A DNA stretch of 63,934 nt, counting the filler, from Octopus bimaculoides (lineage: Eukaryota), in NCBI RefSeq assembly GCF_001194135.2. It is 5 parts of 4 records of this genome, joined end to end, with 100 filler letters (N's around TTAATTAATTAA, not from the genome) between each part and the next. Parts side by side here need not be neighbours in the genome. Positions count along the whole stretch, not along the records: positions 61,795 to 63,934 come from NW_026343050.1; 4 more parts are not named here. One strand, written 5' to 3'. This document shows positions 63,465 to 63,934 of this stretch, one piece after another; the stretch's first letter is position 1; each line of letters begins with the position of its first letter. Made by a program: the position numbers and the translations under genes. The notes under the pieces were generated by a model that saw nothing but the letters and a program-made list of their open reading frames with translations, was not told where the DNA came from and ran no database searches.

Positions 63465-63895
63465 GTATATATGGTGGTTGTCTACTCCTCATGCAAAGTT
63501 TGACCACCTCCTGTGCCTACACCTTAGAGCCATCATGGCATCTGATAAGGTTTTTTTAAAACCAGACATAATATTGAAAAGACACCCACGTAGGTCGCAT
63601 ATCTGATTTGGACTACCAAGAGCTGCAGTTAAGTTCTGATCTTTGCGTATATTAAAATGTCTTTTGAGGACTCCGTTGGATTTGCAGACCTTATGGCATA
63701 CACGGCATCGAAAGGTGTGCATATATATATAGAGGCAGAATAGCTGTTGGAGGTTCGTTTTTCATAGGCCCGCAAATGAGATCTGAGCCCAGCAAAAGAA
63801 AGAAATGGTCTGTCACAAACTGTTCACACAAAAAGGTCGTTGTCACTCATCTTCTCAATCGTAACATTCTTCTTTAAATCTCTCTTGAGTCTTGC
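63465..63895 (-). mobile_element. RTE-like LINE 3' end encoding tandem C2H2-like fingers
   Basis: HARLKRDLKK..FV*TVCDRPFLSFAGLRSHLRA; FRCRVCHKVCKSNGVLKRHFNI; terminus gtggtcaaactttgcatgaggagtagacaaccacc followed by a simple repeat. Confidence 0.6.
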
Positions 63896-63934
63896 ATGTA
63901 TGTATGTATGTATGTATGTATGTATGTATGTATG

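Overview
AT-rich, gappy eukaryotic genomic sequence; roughly one sixth is N. It is dense in microsatellites and repeats. The repeat families and microsatellite load point to a coleoid cephalopod, most likely Octopus (inference from recalled repeat sequences, not tested). I can support no intact host protein-coding gene, rRNA, tRNA or CRISPR array; almost all long ORFs in the track are microsatellite or N-gap artefacts. The window is a transposon graveyard. It holds three mariner transposase remnants, two copies of a palindromic mariner derivative and Penelope-like elements (PLE) of two clades. It also holds RTE, R4/Dong-like, L1/Tx1-like and CR1/L2-like LINE fragments, several tRNA-derived SINE families, fold-back MITEs and a MITE with telomeric repeats at its centre. 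The most interesting signal is a set of short elements in or beside (TA)n tracts that carry minimal type I hammerhead-ribozyme folds with non-canonical cores (23650, 35637, 50880, 51703, 59499). They co-occur with PLE RT and GIY-YIG fragments. Four 100-bp N44-TTAATTAATTAA-N44 blocks are artificial assembly spacers, so adjacency across them is unproven.
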